Part shown: piece after piece, positions 9,424 to 20,425 of the stretch
Numbering within the stretch: position 1 is the stretch's first letter
Layout of the letters: the number at the start of each line of letters is the position of its first letter
Source of the DNA: Candidatus Hermodarchaeota archaeon
Lineage (GTDB): Archaea; Asgardarchaeota; Hermodarchaeia; Hermodarchaeales; Hermodarchaeaceae
Direction of reading: 5' to 3'
NCBI GenBank assembly: GCA_016839365.1
Contig: JAEOUH010000047.1
Span: 14,542-78,541, forward strand
DNA: 64,000 bases
The notes under the pieces: model-generated
Seen by the model: only the letters and a program-made list of their open reading frames with translations
Told to the model about the DNA's origin: nothing
Database searches by the model: none
Position numbers and translations under genes: made by a program

Positions 9424-10813
9424 AGCGAAAAAACGGAGCAAATTCATCACTATCTTTGTCTTCTGCTTCGTGTTCGCCATAGCGTGGCTGCCAATTTTAC
9501 TCAGCATTACGGGTGTCGGTGGCGTTGACCTGCTCCCATTCTCAATCTATAACACAAGCACTGATCCAGGGGACGGCTGTTCAGAACTTGCCAGTGAATT
9601 GGTGAGCAATGGGTATGAGGTTCATCCCTTAATCAGCTCTCTAAGTGTGATTAACAGCATTCCCAGCAACCACGTCCTTTGTATTATCGGACCTACTCAC
9701 TTTTTTTCCATAATTGAAATTTCAGCGCTATTAGACTTCTTCATGAATGGGGGAAGCCTGCTATTAGTAGATGATTTTGGTTCTGCGAATAACATACTAG
9801 ATGGGCTAGCGGTTTACAGCGACACGTGGCCCAAACGGACCGTGAATCTAATGGTCGTATCAGACATTCGCTTTTCTCACGGTCTCCTCTTAGATGCAAG
9901 CATCAATGAAAACGGGCTCCCTTTGCTCCCGGTAATCAACTCTTTTAATGATGGGGGGCGCATCTTTTCTCCTGGTCACCACGTTGTAATGAACTACGCC
10001 TCATCCATTGAAGGAGCTTCAGGTTACGAGCTAGCCGCCTCCTCGACGAACTCATGGATTGTAGCCGGAGATGTTTACAGTCATGTAATAAATGCAGGCG
10101 ATCCCAATTACATCGCCTATAACGCAACCCGAGGAGACCAACCTGGTCCACTTCCAGTAATGCTAGAGATGCAGGTAATGAATGGCACGTTGATTATGCT
10201 TAGCGATCCTAGCATCTTTATCAATAATATGATTGACCGTGGCACCAATCGCCGGTTTGCCGTCGAACTGTTTACCTACCTTGCGAATCAGGCGAATGCA
10301 AACTCCATCATAATTGATCATAACCATTTAGGATGGACCCCAAACTCACCGGTCCTTTATGTAGGGTTGATGTTGGGGCAAATCACTTATGTTTCGACCA
10401 ATTGGATTTTAGCCCCCTTGGCACCGCTTTTAGCCATTTGGATGGTTCGGCGGTACCTACCATTTGGACGCCCAGAGAAGCAGAAACCTATGGAAATCTA
10501 TCGGTTACGGGGCCAAACGATGTTCACGAGAACATTGTATGAGTACATTAACAACCAGCGTTATAACGAAGCCCTAAAAATCATCTATGGCCAACTTAAG
10601 CGCGATTTAGGTCGAAAATACGGGTTACGCATTTTTGATGTACCACGACTTCTTGTAACGGTTTCGCGCACACGACAGCCAAGCGATATTGCACTTATTA
10701 CAGATGATTTTGAAGCACTTGAAAAAGTAGTCCATACATCAAAACGGATTAAACGTGAAGAATTTCTGGACCGCTTTTTCCAAATTCAACGTATACGAGA
10801 CAATATTGGGTGA
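9398..10813 (+). CDS. DUF4350-like membrane-anchored protein
   Basis: The ORF track starts at TTG 9368; the first ATG is at 9398 (MPNQPKAAEAKK...). It has an N-terminal TM and a second TM near residue 350. Its position between the DUF4129-like protein and MoxR matches the known DUF4129/DUF4350/MoxR/DUF58 neighbourhood. Family assignment is from memory and context. Confidence 0.5.
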   Translation: MPNQPKAAEAKKRSKFITIFVFCFVFAIAWLPILLSITGVGGVDLLPFSIYNTSTDPGDGCSELASELVSNGYEVHPLISSLSVINSIPSNHVLCIIGPTHFFSIIEISALLDFFMNGGSLLLVDDFGSANNILDGLAVYSDTWPKRTVNLMVVSDIRFSHGLLLDASINENGLPLLPVINSFNDGGRIFSPGHHVVMNYASSIEGASGYELAASSTNSWIVAGDVYSHVINAGDPNYIAYNATRGDQPGPLPVMLEMQVMNGTLIMLSDPSIFINNMIDRGTNRRFAVELFTYLANQANANSIIIDHNHLGWTPNSPVLYVGLMLGQITYVSTNWILAPLAPLLAIWMVRRYLPFGRPEKQKPMEIYRLRGQTMFTRTLYEYINNQRYNEALKIIYGQLKRDLGRKYGLRIFDVPRLLVTVSRTRQPSDIALITDDFEALEKVVHTSKRIKREEFLDRFFQIQRIRDNIG

Positions 10814-10819
10814 AATGAA

Positions 10820-11788
10820 ATGAGTAGACGCAGAAGAAGTGAAGGAATGACCATTTCTGAAGTACGAAGCCATGCAACCAAAATCCTCGACGAAGTAGGC
10901 AAGGTGATTGTGGGGAAACGCAATATTCTCCAAAATATCCTGATTGGACTACTAGCGAAAGGACACATCCTCCTTGAAGGAGTGCCCGGCATCGCAAAAA
11001 CTTACATGGCAAACGCCTTTGCCCAAGCCATTGGCTGTGAGTTTAAGCGAATCCAATTTACCCCGGATATGTTACCCGCCGACATCGTTGGAACTAACAT
11101 CTATGACCCTAACACAGGGGAATTTCGCCTACGAAAAGGTCCAGTCTTTTCAAATCTTGTGCTAGCCGACGAAGTCAACAGATCACCCCCAAAGACCCAA
11201 TCAGCGTTGCTTGAAGCGATGCAGGAAAAGCAAGTTACTATTGAAGGCGCTACGCTACCCCTTCCAGAACCATTCATGGTTTTGGCAACACAGAACCCTA
11301 TCGAATTAGAAGGAACATATCCTCTTCCCGAAGCACAGGTTGACAGATTCTTGTTTAAGCTTCATGTCGATTATCCTTCGGATGCGGAGGAGGTAGAGAT
11401 TCTTCGTCGGAAGCATCAACCCGAGGAGGTTGATATTGAACCCGTCGCGGATCCACATATTTTGATGCAGATGCAGGAATCGACTAAGCGGGTATTCGTT
11501 GAGCCTTATATTATGTCGTATATTCGAGACATCGTTGTTCGCACGCGGAATGATCCTCAGATTTTGATTGGTGGTTCGCCTCGTGCATCGATTGTGTTGC
11601 TTGACACTTCCAAAGTTCATGCGGCGTTTAGTGGTCGTGACTATGTTACACCAGACGACATTAAGATGTTGGCTCAGCATGCGCTGAACCACCGTTTGAT
11701 TCTGAAACCCGAAGCTGAATTGGAAGGCACTTCCGTCCAGGCTGTTGTGGACCGGATTCTAAGGCAGATTAGTGCACCGGGAGCGTAA
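10820..11788 (+). CDS. MoxR-family AAA+ ATPase
   Basis: 322 aa. Walker A GVPGIAKT, Walker B LADEVNRSPPKTQSALLEAMQE, typical MoxR length. Confidence 0.9.
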   Translation: MSRRRRSEGMTISEVRSHATKILDEVGKVIVGKRNILQNILIGLLAKGHILLEGVPGIAKTYMANAFAQAIGCEFKRIQFTPDMLPADIVGTNIYDPNTGEFRLRKGPVFSNLVLADEVNRSPPKTQSALLEAMQEKQVTIEGATLPLPEPFMVLATQNPIELEGTYPLPEAQVDRFLFKLHVDYPSDAEEVEILRRKHQPEEVDIEPVADPHILMQMQESTKRVFVEPYIMSYIRDIVVRTRNDPQILIGGSPRASIVLLDTSKVHAAFSGRDYVTPDDIKMLAQHALNHRLILKPEAELEGTSVQAVVDRILRQISAPGA

Positions 11789-11794
11789 GTTTAC

Positions 11795-13117
11795 GTGTTC
11801 TCCGAACGTGGACGAACAGTTCTCCTCATTGGGATATTCATCCTCGTCTCGGGATTTGCCTTTACAAATTTCGTTCTTGTCATTTTAGGCATCTTTCTTA
11901 TCATAGGATCCGTAGCCAGTTCACCCTTTTTTCATCTGACCATGCCGGTTGAAACTCTTGAAGTGACCAGGGAAATCGACAAACGCAAAATTTTCCAAGA
12001 TGATTTTCTGCATGTGAAACTTATTGTGAAAAATTCGGGGTCTCATCGAATCGATTCAATTGATATTTTCGATGTATATCCTGAGATATTTCGACTGGTG
12101 TTGGGACAGAACAGAATTCGAACCCGTATTGACCCGAATCAAGAGATTAAATTCTCATACATTCTCCAAGCTCCACTCCGAGGGAAGTTCACTTTTGGAC
12201 CCACTAAATTTCAGATATATGATCGGTTAGAGTTTCGGTTTGAAGAAATGTCTGGAGAGAATTTTGAAGAGCTTCTAATTTATCCTAATGTCGAAGAAGT
12301 CCGTATTATGGAAAGTCTCGCAAAGAAGCGCCGAGTGGGTCATATGTTTGGAATTCATAAGACCCGCCAGATGAGTTTAGGGACCGATTTCACAGGTATC
12401 CGGAAATATGAAGTGGGAGATGAATACCGCCGGATTGACTGGAAGGCGTCTGCTCGAACACAAAAGCTCATGATGCGCCAATATGAGACTGAGCGCAACA
12501 TTCGCATGTTTATCATTCTTGATATTGGTGCAACCATGGCAGCTGGGCGTCCAGAAAATAGTAAACTTGAGGCCGCCATCCGTGCAGCCTTGATGCTCGC
12601 AAAGATGGCGATGGAGCGAAAGGACCATGTTGGACTATTAAGTTGGTCAACGAAGCAACATTCGTTCTTGAAACCTGGGTTAGGTGATGCCCATTATTAT
12701 CGAATGCTCGATCTGTTAGCTGAGATTTCACCTGGCGGCGAGTTCGATTTGACCACGGCCATTGAGTATCTAGCGCCACGCGTTACTCAGCAAAGCTTCT
12801 TTGTAATAATTACCGACCTGGAATCAAATCGTAAGCGTTTGGAAAAAGGTGTCAAACTTATTCGTGGTTACAAACATAATGCAATAATTGTTCGACCTTT
12901 TGGCCCATGGTTCGAAATAGAAGAGATTTACCTCTCCCCTGTTGAACGAGCCATTGGAGAGGCGATTGTCCACAGGCTTCTTGAAGAACAGTCTCAGTTA
13001 TCGAAAAGCTTCCAACGAGTGGGTGTAACAATTGTTCCTGTTGGCCCCGGGGATTTTCTTCCCACAGTTTTAAGTGAGTATCTCAAGGCGAAGAAACGAA
13101 GTATAGCGGTGATTTAG
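11795..13117 (+). CDS. DUF58 domain protein (vWA-like partner of MoxR)
   Basis: 440 aa, GTG start 7 nt after moxR. Two N-terminal TM helices. Motif IRKYEVGDEYRRIDWKASART typical of DUF58. Confidence 0.8.
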   Translation: MFSERGRTVLLIGIFILVSGFAFTNFVLVILGIFLIIGSVASSPFFHLTMPVETLEVTREIDKRKIFQDDFLHVKLIVKNSGSHRIDSIDIFDVYPEIFRLVLGQNRIRTRIDPNQEIKFSYILQAPLRGKFTFGPTKFQIYDRLEFRFEEMSGENFEELLIYPNVEEVRIMESLAKKRRVGHMFGIHKTRQMSLGTDFTGIRKYEVGDEYRRIDWKASARTQKLMMRQYETERNIRMFIILDIGATMAAGRPENSKLEAAIRAALMLAKMAMERKDHVGLLSWSTKQHSFLKPGLGDAHYYRMLDLLAEISPGGEFDLTTAIEYLAPRVTQQSFFVIITDLESNRKRLEKGVKLIRGYKHNAIIVRPFGPWFEIEEIYLSPVERAIGEAIVHRLLEEQSQLSKSFQRVGVTIVPVGPGDFLPTVLSEYLKAKKRSIAVI

Positions 13118-13137
13118 GAAATGGAGGCAGAAAATCA

Positions 13138-14382
13138 ATGACACGATACATTCTTTGGGTGCTCCGGGGCATCGCTGTAGCCGCATTCATTGCTTTTGCC
13201 GCTATTATACTGATGAGTCTAAATCCATTAGTATGGCGTATCGCGGGACCTAGTGGCATCTTCACCGCACTTGTAGACTTCGCAGTCGGACTTCGTAATG
13301 TGTTAACTTTACTGATTATTTCTTTCATCGAATTAGCTGCAGCTGTAAGTGCGTACATCACAGGTTTTCTGACACAACAGGATGCCGCTGGACTTGTTAC
13401 GTTCTTCCGAGATGCGATTACTGCGTATTTCCAAGCCTTTGGATTCAGTCTAGCGCCTGCTGGGCTCCCTCCATTCGATTATGTGATTATTTTTCTCCTT
13501 AGCTTCTATTTCTTGTCCTTTTGGATTCTACTGATCATTGCCATTATCGCAGGCGTTACGTCATTTCTTAGAGTGAGTGGCCGATTAGCATCATTGTGCT
13601 TCATCTCGATGATTGGATTAGCAATCCTTGGTGCTGCTGGGATTGTGCTGAATATTCCAGGCAGCGAAAACGGCTACTTTCTTCCAAGTGCTGAGTTTAT
13701 CTGGCCCTTGTCATGGCCTGTATTACTTGTGGCCTTGGTGGGCTTCATCTACCTCGAAGCCTCCTACCAAGTCGTGTATTTTTACTCACTTCTTGAGCCG
13801 GTAACTGTTCGCGAAGAACAGTTACGAAGGCAAATAACTCAGTTGCACACTGATGCTCAAAGACAGGTGCCGGTGCAAACTGAGGAGGTTCCAGTGCCTA
13901 AAGCGCTTCAACGAATGTTAGGCTCAGATGCGTTTCGATTAATGCGCCAAGTGATTGAAAGAAAATTGTTACGCAGAGAATGGCTCGTCGAATTGAAAGA
14001 CGCCCATGAGGTACGACGATTGAATAGGTTTGTTACGCGGTTATTCCGGGAAGACCCAGAAGCTGAAGCCACTCTAACTGCGCGTGCTTCAACGCCCTCA
14101 ATATATCGTATGACTGTCTTATCGATCAGCTCATCAGCTATTGGGTTTATTTTCGTGCTTCTCATTGCGTATATTTGCATCAATCCTCTAGCCTTTCTAA
14201 CCCTATTGAATGCCCCGCCAATCATTATTGAATCAATTGAGCTGTTATTTCTGCCCGAAAAAACACTGTTGTTTCTGGTGCCCCTAGCACTGCTCTTTCC
14301 TCTTGCAGCTTCGATAATCGGCTATATTCGACAACGACGTGCTCAACCAGCAGAGCCGACTAGACCGACAATAACACAGTAG
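13138..14382 (+). CDS. polytopic membrane protein, unknown function
   Basis: 414 aa with many hydrophobic segments flanking a charged central region. Same strand as, and tightly spaced after, the DUF58 gene. Confidence 0.55.
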   Translation: MTRYILWVLRGIAVAAFIAFAAIILMSLNPLVWRIAGPSGIFTALVDFAVGLRNVLTLLIISFIELAAAVSAYITGFLTQQDAAGLVTFFRDAITAYFQAFGFSLAPAGLPPFDYVIIFLLSFYFLSFWILLIIAIIAGVTSFLRVSGRLASLCFISMIGLAILGAAGIVLNIPGSENGYFLPSAEFIWPLSWPVLLVALVGFIYLEASYQVVYFYSLLEPVTVREEQLRRQITQLHTDAQRQVPVQTEEVPVPKALQRMLGSDAFRLMRQVIERKLLRREWLVELKDAHEVRRLNRFVTRLFREDPEAEATLTARASTPSIYRMTVLSISSSAIGFIFVLLIAYICINPLAFLTLLNAPPIIIESIELLFLPEKTLLFLVPLALLFPLAASIIGYIRQRRAQPAEPTRPTITQ

Positions 14383-14836
14383 CTCGTGAGGTAGCACTTT
14401 CAGCCAATGCCACTTGAACGGCAGTGACATTTGGGAAATCAGAGGACAGGTTGACAATCAACTTCTGGCATAAAAAGCGGGCGAGCTCTTCAGCAGTTGT
14501 TTCGACAACGTCAATGACCTTTACATCCTTAGCGGGAAATGAGTATTTACCGTTGGGCGTGGTAACTTCGATTTGCTGGGCCTTTTTAGTGGTTCTGATT
14601 AATTTCGATTGGGCAGGAAGTAGGACAAAGTGATCCCACTGTTTGCAAAGTTGTTGTATGCGCTTTTTGAGTATGCGAAAATCCACAACCATCCCATATG
14701 AATCGATTTCACCCCAAATAGTGACAGTGACATGGTAATTATGCCCGTGAAGTTGCTCACAGGCTCCCCCTTCGCTAACGAAGTGGGCTGCAGCAAAATC
14801 GATTCCTGAAACCTCTACCGAAACCTGACTGGTCAT
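14360..14836 (-). CDS. queD: 6-pyruvoyl-tetrahydropterin / 6-carboxytetrahydropterin synthase family protein
   Basis: CEQLHGHNYHVTV zinc-binding motif. The track start is TTG at 14854; I prefer ATG at 14836, which has GGGGGT 9 nt upstream. Confidence 0.75.
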   Translation of the reverse strand: MTSQVSVEVSGIDFAAAHFVSEGGACEQLHGHNYHVTVTIWGEIDSYGMVVDFRILKKRIQQLCKQWDHFVLLPAQSKLIRTTKKAQQIEVTTPNGKYSFPAKDVKVIDVVETTAEELARFLCQKLIVNLSSDFPNVTAVQVALAESATSRATVLLSV

Positions 14837-14923
14837 AGTGAGTACCCCCTTCAATAGAGTATGTTCGTGTAGAAAAAGTATGGGAAAAAGAGAGGAAAGG
14901 CGCCCGCCAAGGCGGACGCGGGG

Positions 14924-16588
14924 TTACATCATACCGGGCATTCCGCCCATACCGCCCATGCCACCCATACCAGGAGGCATCCCACCGGGTCCACCAGGGG
15001 GACCAGCACTCCGCTTAGATGCAATGACATCATCAATTCGTAGAATTAGTGATGCGGCTTCAGCAGCTGATCGAATGGCATGTGTTTTCACACGAAGTGG
15101 TTCGAGTACACCGGCTTTGAACATATCTTTGGCTTTCCCTGTCATGATATCGATACCCATGTTTTTGTTGTTACTTCCGTGTGCAGCACGAAGTGCAACA
15201 ATGACATCAATGGGATCATGACCTGCATTTTCAGCAAGGGATTTGGGGATTATCTCCATCGCATCAGCGAATTTGTTGACGGCAATTTGTTCCCGGCCCT
15301 TGAGAGACGAAGCGTATTCTCGGAGTTGGGTTGAGACTTCCACTTCTGGGGCTCCACCACCGGCAACGACTTTGCCATCTTCAACGGCATCGCGAACGAC
15401 AGAGACAGCGTCATGAAATGCGCGTTCAGCCTCATCAACAACACGTTCTGTGCCGCCACGAATGAGGACGCTCACTGTTTTAGGATCTTTACACCCTTCA
15501 ACAAAGACCATTTTGTCATCACCGACCTTCCGTTCTTCGACGATATCACAGCGGCCAAGGTCATTGGACGTGAGATGATCGATGGATGATACAACTTGTC
15601 CTCCCGTTGCACGGGCAAGTGCTTCCATGTCACTTTTCTTAACACGACGAACGGCAAGAATGCCATCTTTAGCGAGATAGTGTTGAACTTTGTCATCGAT
15701 GCCTTTCTGGGCAAAGACCACATTGGCACCAACTTCAATCACCTTTTCTGAGATCTTTTTCAGCATTCGTTGCTCTTCGTTCAGAAAGGATTGCATTTGT
15801 TCGGGGTTGGTGATTCGAATTTCAGCATCCATCTCCGTTTTCTCAACTTCCATGGAGGCGTTGAGCAGCGCGATTTTCGCTTTGTGTACACTACGCGGCA
15901 TTTCAGAATGCACTATTTCTTTGTCGATAATGACTCCGCGAACTAATTGAGTGTCGCGAACTGATCCGCCTTCCTTCTTTTCGACTTTAATGTTATCAAT
16001 GTCGGCCACAATTCCATCAGGTGTTTTTTCGGTTATTTGTAGCACGGCATCAACCGCAATGGGAGATAGGAAGTCTTTAGCTTCGGCAATCAGCTTGCTA
16101 GCTATAGAGGTGTCGCTGACTTTCAAAAGTTTTGCACGGTCATCAATAGGGCAGTCAATAGCCATGTTGTTGAGAATTTCACTAGCCTTGTCTACGGCTT
16201 TTCGATAACCTGAGATAATGACAGTTGGATGGACGCCTGATGTGATTAGTCCCAGTGCTTGTTTGAGATATTCACCGCACAGGACCACTGCTGAGGTGGT
16301 GCCATCACCCGTCTCAGAGTCTTGGGCTTTGGCTACTTGAACAAGCATCTTGGCAGCAGGATGCTGAACTTCAATCTCATCAAGGATAGTCGCACCATCA
16401 TTTGTGATGGTGACATCACCAAGGCTATCCACCAGCATTTTATCTTGACCACGCGGACCCAGAGACGTGCGTACTGCATCAGCAAGTGCTCGTACTGCCA
16501 TAATATTATTTTCGCGAGCGTCACGACCTCGGGCGCGTTCAGTTCCTTCTTTGAGTATTAATACCGGCACACCTTGCATTTGTGCCAT
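14924..16588 (-). CDS. ths: thermosome subunit (group II chaperonin)
   Basis: 554 aa. [18 protein letters not shown] and GDGTTS motifs, C-terminal [13 protein letters not shown] tail. Confidence 0.95.
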   Translation of the reverse strand: MAQMQGVPVLILKEGTERARGRDARENNIMAVRALADAVRTSLGPRGQDKMLVDSLGDVTITNDGATILDEIEVQHPAAKMLVQVAKAQDSETGDGTTSAVVLCGEYLKQALGLITSGVHPTVIISGYRKAVDKASEILNNMAIDCPIDDRAKLLKVSDTSIASKLIAEAKDFLSPIAVDAVLQITEKTPDGIVADIDNIKVEKKEGGSVRDTQLVRGVIIDKEIVHSEMPRSVHKAKIALLNASMEVEKTEMDAEIRITNPEQMQSFLNEEQRMLKKISEKVIEVGANVVFAQKGIDDKVQHYLAKDGILAVRRVKKSDMEALARATGGQVVSSIDHLTSNDLGRCDIVEERKVGDDKMVFVEGCKDPKTVSVLIRGGTERVVDEAERAFHDAVSVVRDAVEDGKVVAGGGAPEVEVSTQLREYASSLKGREQIAVNKFADAMEIIPKSLAENAGHDPIDVIVALRAAHGSNNKNMGIDIMTGKAKDMFKAGVLEPLRVKTHAIRSAAEAASLILRIDDVIASKRSAGPPGGPGGMPPGMGGMGGMGGMPGMM

Positions 16589-16707
16589 GATAGTGTTCCT
16601 CCTTCATATTTAGTGGTTTTTTAAATAGGATGAACTTGGTCGGCAATCTTTGCACTGACATAAAAAGATTACGCCGTTTCTGGTTGCGCTGCTGATTGAG
16701 AAAGAAC

Positions 16708-17349
16708 CTACATTTCTGTTAGGGGAGTGTAATCCCAACGTGTAAAGATTGTCTTCAAGAGCCGTACAATGCCACGAGAGAGGAAGATCGTCTCCATGAG
16801 AAACGCCATGAAGAGAATCTCGATCCAAGCCTTCCCCACTATGCCTAGTGCGATGATGAGGACGAACTCAGCAGGAATGGGTGTCATAACTGGAACGATG
16901 AACAAGAAAAGCCAGATAGTGAAGAGGCACTCGGGTACATATCCGAGGACTACAGAAAGGAAAGGCCGTTTCAGGGTTCGCTGTACAAACCCACTTGTGA
17001 AACCTGCCATGGCTTTTCCTGCTGGAAGGCCGATGAGCCCCACTATGCCTAAAGAACCCCAGATATAGCCAAAGGCAATTCCTGGGTAAATCCCCACAAT
17101 TGCACCGGTTATTGCGCCTAAGATTGCTCCACCCGGTATTGCTACCATGAAGGTTCCAAGGTGACTTAGATCCAGAGAGATTTGGGTAGCACCAAGTTGA
17201 ACTGTGTTGATTGTAAGAATCGATACAGCTGTGCCTAATGCGGCCATCACAGCAACATAAACGATGATTTTCGTGCTAAAGCGCCGTTTTACGTTCTCGT
17301 CCGACAAAGTGGAACCTCCTTCGGAGTTGGCGCATTGAAGGTTCCTCAT
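16708..17349 (-). CDS. integral membrane protein (possibly an ECF-transporter S-component-like protein)
   Basis: 213 aa with about five hydrophobic helices. The family guess is weak. Confidence 0.4.
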   Translation of the reverse strand: MRNLQCANSEGGSTLSDENVKRRFSTKIIVYVAVMAALGTAVSILTINTVQLGATQISLDLSHLGTFMVAIPGGAILGAITGAIVGIYPGIAFGYIWGSLGIVGLIGLPAGKAMAGFTSGFVQRTLKRPFLSVVLGYVPECLFTIWLFLFIVPVMTPIPAEFVLIIALGIVGKAWIEILFMAFLMETIFLSRGIVRLLKTIFTRWDYTPLTEM

Positions 17350-17447
17350 ATATAAGAGTAGCTACTCGTTATTGAGTTGAAGCCTATCATAGTTGTGGAG
17401 AAAGTTATTTCTGAGTCGGGTCAACGAACAGTGGTGAGGTTTGTTCA

Positions 17448-18857
17448 GTGTCGAAGTTCCGCCATTCCTTCCTGCCCACGGTGGGTGTACAAGAAAAAGA
17501 GATGCTTACTACCCTTGGCATCAAAGATATCGATGAATTGTTCAGTGACATTCCTTCAAAATTTCTGTTAAAAAAGCGCTTGAAGATTCCAAATGGTCTA
17601 TCCGAAAGTGAAGTTTGTGAGAGGGTTTCTCGTTCGCTTGCGCAAAACTGGATTCCTAGAAAAGGAATGAGTTTCTTAGGAGGCGGCGTTTGGCCACATA
17701 TTATCCCTGAAGCGATCAAAAGTATCGTCAATCGCACGGAATTTCTAACAGCATACACGCCCTATCAGGCAGAAATTAGTCAGGGCATGTTGCAGGCGCT
17801 ATTTGAGTATCAGAGTCTGATGGCGGAGTTAATTGAACTCCCAATTGTTAACGCCTCGATGTACGATTGGGCAAGTGCGTTGGGAGAAGCAGCCCTTTTA
17901 ACCAGTCGGATTACTACCCGAGATTCTTTTTTAATTCCTCACCTCATTTCACCGGGTCGCCGAGCAGTTTTGCACACCTATACCCAGCCTGCAGGGGTCA
18001 AGGTTGTTGATATTGGTTATAATCGCCGTACGGGACAATTGAATGTTGAGCACCTAAAAGAGCTGCTCGATACGAACACTGCAGGTGTCTATTTCGAAAA
18101 CCCAGGATATATGGGAGTTCTCCAAGATGATGTCGACGCTATTGTGGATATTGGGCATGATGCTGGGGCACTTGTTGTTGTAGGTATCGATCCTATTTCC
18201 CTTGGAGTAATTCGGCCTCCCGGAGATTATGATGCTGATATTGTCATAGGTGAGGGGCAACCCTTGGGTAGTCCAATGAATATGGGTGGACCACTCCTAG
18301 GGATTTTTGCCAGTAAAGATGAAAGAAAAATCTTACGTCAGTTGCCTGGTCGAATCATTGGTTTGACATCAACACAAGAAGGGGATGAAAGGGGTTTTGT
18401 AATGACGATTCAGGCCCGAGAGCAGCATATTCGTCGGGAGAAAGCAACATCGAACATTTGCTCAAATCAGGCTCACTCAGCAATCACCGCCGCAGTGTAC
18501 TTGTCTCTATTAGGACCCCAAGGCATAACCGAGTTGGGAGAGAAAATCCTCCAACTACGCCACTATGCGGAAGAGCAACTTCATGCTGTCGATGGACTCA
18601 AAGCCCCCTTATTCGAAGCCCCCCATTTCAAAGAATTTGGCGTTTCAATAGAGAAGGGACAAGAATCAACACCACCAACGATACGAGATGTACTTGCCAG
18701 AATCCAGGAATGTGGAATTTTAGCAGGCATTCCATTGGATCAGAGTTTCCCTGAACTAGGGGAAGCTGCACTTGTCTGTGTTACAGAAACCCATACACAA
18801 GAGGAGATAGACCAACTTTCGGTAGCATTTCAACAGGCTTTGGAGGGTAAACCATGA
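17448..18857 (+). CDS. gcvPA: glycine dehydrogenase (aminomethyl-transferring) subunit 1
   Basis: 469 aa. TPYQAEISQG motif. Its stop overlaps the start of gcvPB (ATGA). Confidence 0.9.
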   Translation: MSKFRHSFLPTVGVQEKEMLTTLGIKDIDELFSDIPSKFLLKKRLKIPNGLSESEVCERVSRSLAQNWIPRKGMSFLGGGVWPHIIPEAIKSIVNRTEFLTAYTPYQAEISQGMLQALFEYQSLMAELIELPIVNASMYDWASALGEAALLTSRITTRDSFLIPHLISPGRRAVLHTYTQPAGVKVVDIGYNRRTGQLNVEHLKELLDTNTAGVYFENPGYMGVLQDDVDAIVDIGHDAGALVVVGIDPISLGVIRPPGDYDADIVIGEGQPLGSPMNMGGPLLGIFASKDERKILRQLPGRIIGLTSTQEGDERGFVMTIQAREQHIRREKATSNICSNQAHSAITAAVYLSLLGPQGITELGEKILQLRHYAEEQLHAVDGLKAPLFEAPHFKEFGVSIEKGQESTPPTIRDVLARIQECGILAGIPLDQSFPELGEAALVCVTETHTQEEIDQLSVAFQQALEGKP

Positions 18858-20383
18858 AGTTTCGCCAAGCAAAATGGAATGAGCCTTTGATTTTTGAACG
18901 ATCTCGAGTAGGGGCGATAGGCTATTCCCTACCCGACCCTAGCAAGACCATAAAAAAACTGCTGCCTAATCCACTTTCAACCATTCCCAAGAACCTCCGC
19001 CGCAAAGTACAACCTTCTTTGCCTGAATTATCAGAACCAGAAGTAGTTCAACACTTCACCCGTTTATCTCAGATGAACTACAGCATCGATTTGGGTCTTT
19101 ACCCATTGGGTAGCTGCACGATGAAGTATAATCCACCCATGAATGAGGAGATTATAAAGGACCCTAATTTTGCTCAGGCTCACCCCCACCAAGATTGTAC
19201 AACCCTTCAGGGTATTCTCAAAATCCTTTTCGAGTTACAGCAGTGGCTTTCAGAAATAACTGGAATGGATCAGCATTCGCTCCAGCCGGCAGCGGGTGCG
19301 CAGGGAGAACTGGCCGGTGTTCTTATCATCCGTGCCTTTCATGTAGATCAGGGCGAACTAGAGATCCGACGACAAATTATTGTTCCCGATTCTGCCCATG
19401 GTACCAATCCTGCAAGTGCCGCGATGGCAGGATTTGATGTTGTCGTAGTCCCATCAAACAAACTCGGTCAAATTGATATCCAAGCCCTAGAAAGTGCCGT
19501 TTCGAATCAAACCGCAGGTCTAATGTTGACGAACCCGAATACTTTGGGCCTGTTTGAACAAGAAATCGAAACCATCGCTTCCATCGTTCACAAGGCAGGG
19601 GGCTTGCTCTATTACGATGGCGCGAACTTAAACGCAAATTTGGGTCGTGTTCGACCAGGGGATATGGGTTTTGATATAATCCACACAAATTTGCACAAAA
19701 CATTCGCAACGCCACACGGGGGGGGAGGACCAGGTGCAGGACCTGTCGGCGTGAAGCAACGACTCGCAGAGTACCTACCAGTGCCTGTGATTTCATTCGA
19801 CGGGACACAGTATTACACAGATAATGCCCGGCCAAAATCGATTGGGCGCCTCCACGGATTCCATGGTAATGCGGCTGTCTTGTTGAAATCCTATGCGTAT
19901 ATCATACGAATGGGGTGGGAAGGATTGCATGCAGTTTCGAATCATGCGGTTTTGAACGCAAACTACCTTATGAAAAAGATCGAGAGTATCAAGGGTTTCA
20001 GCATTCCCTTCGCTCCTGGTGTCTGGAGAAAACACGAGGTTGTGGTTAGTGCAAAACCCCTTGAACGAGATACGGGAGTAAACGCTCGAGACGTAGCAAA
20101 AGCTTTACTCGACAGGGGATTACATGCGCCTACTTTCTATTTTCCAGCCATTGTTGAGGAGGCATTAATGATCGAACCCACAGAGACCTTCAGTAAGGCA
20201 GAACTTGACAGATTTATTAAAGCACTAACAGAAATTGCAGAACAAGCCTACTCCGACCCCAACCTCGTTCGCCGTGCACCGCAGAACACGGCAATTACTC
20301 GACTCGATGAGGTTAAGGCAGCACATCCACGCACCATGACCCTATCTTGGCGGATGTTACAACAACGCGATCAGGAAATCTAA
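18854..20383 (+). CDS. gcvPB: glycine dehydrogenase (aminomethyl-transferring) subunit 2
   Basis: 509 aa. NLHKTFATPHGGGGPGAGP PLP-lysine region. Confidence 0.9.
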   Translation: MKFRQAKWNEPLIFERSRVGAIGYSLPDPSKTIKKLLPNPLSTIPKNLRRKVQPSLPELSEPEVVQHFTRLSQMNYSIDLGLYPLGSCTMKYNPPMNEEIIKDPNFAQAHPHQDCTTLQGILKILFELQQWLSEITGMDQHSLQPAAGAQGELAGVLIIRAFHVDQGELEIRRQIIVPDSAHGTNPASAAMAGFDVVVVPSNKLGQIDIQALESAVSNQTAGLMLTNPNTLGLFEQEIETIASIVHKAGGLLYYDGANLNANLGRVRPGDMGFDIIHTNLHKTFATPHGGGGPGAGPVGVKQRLAEYLPVPVISFDGTQYYTDNARPKSIGRLHGFHGNAAVLLKSYAYIIRMGWEGLHAVSNHAVLNANYLMKKIESIKGFSIPFAPGVWRKHEVVVSAKPLERDTGVNARDVAKALLDRGLHAPTFYFPAIVEEALMIEPTETFSKAELDRFIKALTEIAEQAYSDPNLVRRAPQNTAITRLDEVKAAHPRTMTLSWRMLQQRDQEI

Positions 20384-20425
20384 CTTAGACTAATTGAAAT
20401 GCAAGCTTATTCACTCGTATGGTTT

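Noticed and set aside
14838-15221. Plus-strand ORF with [17 protein letters not shown] repeats
   Set aside because: It is the antisense reading of the thermosome C-terminal GGM/GGP tail and sits entirely inside a confidently called gene.
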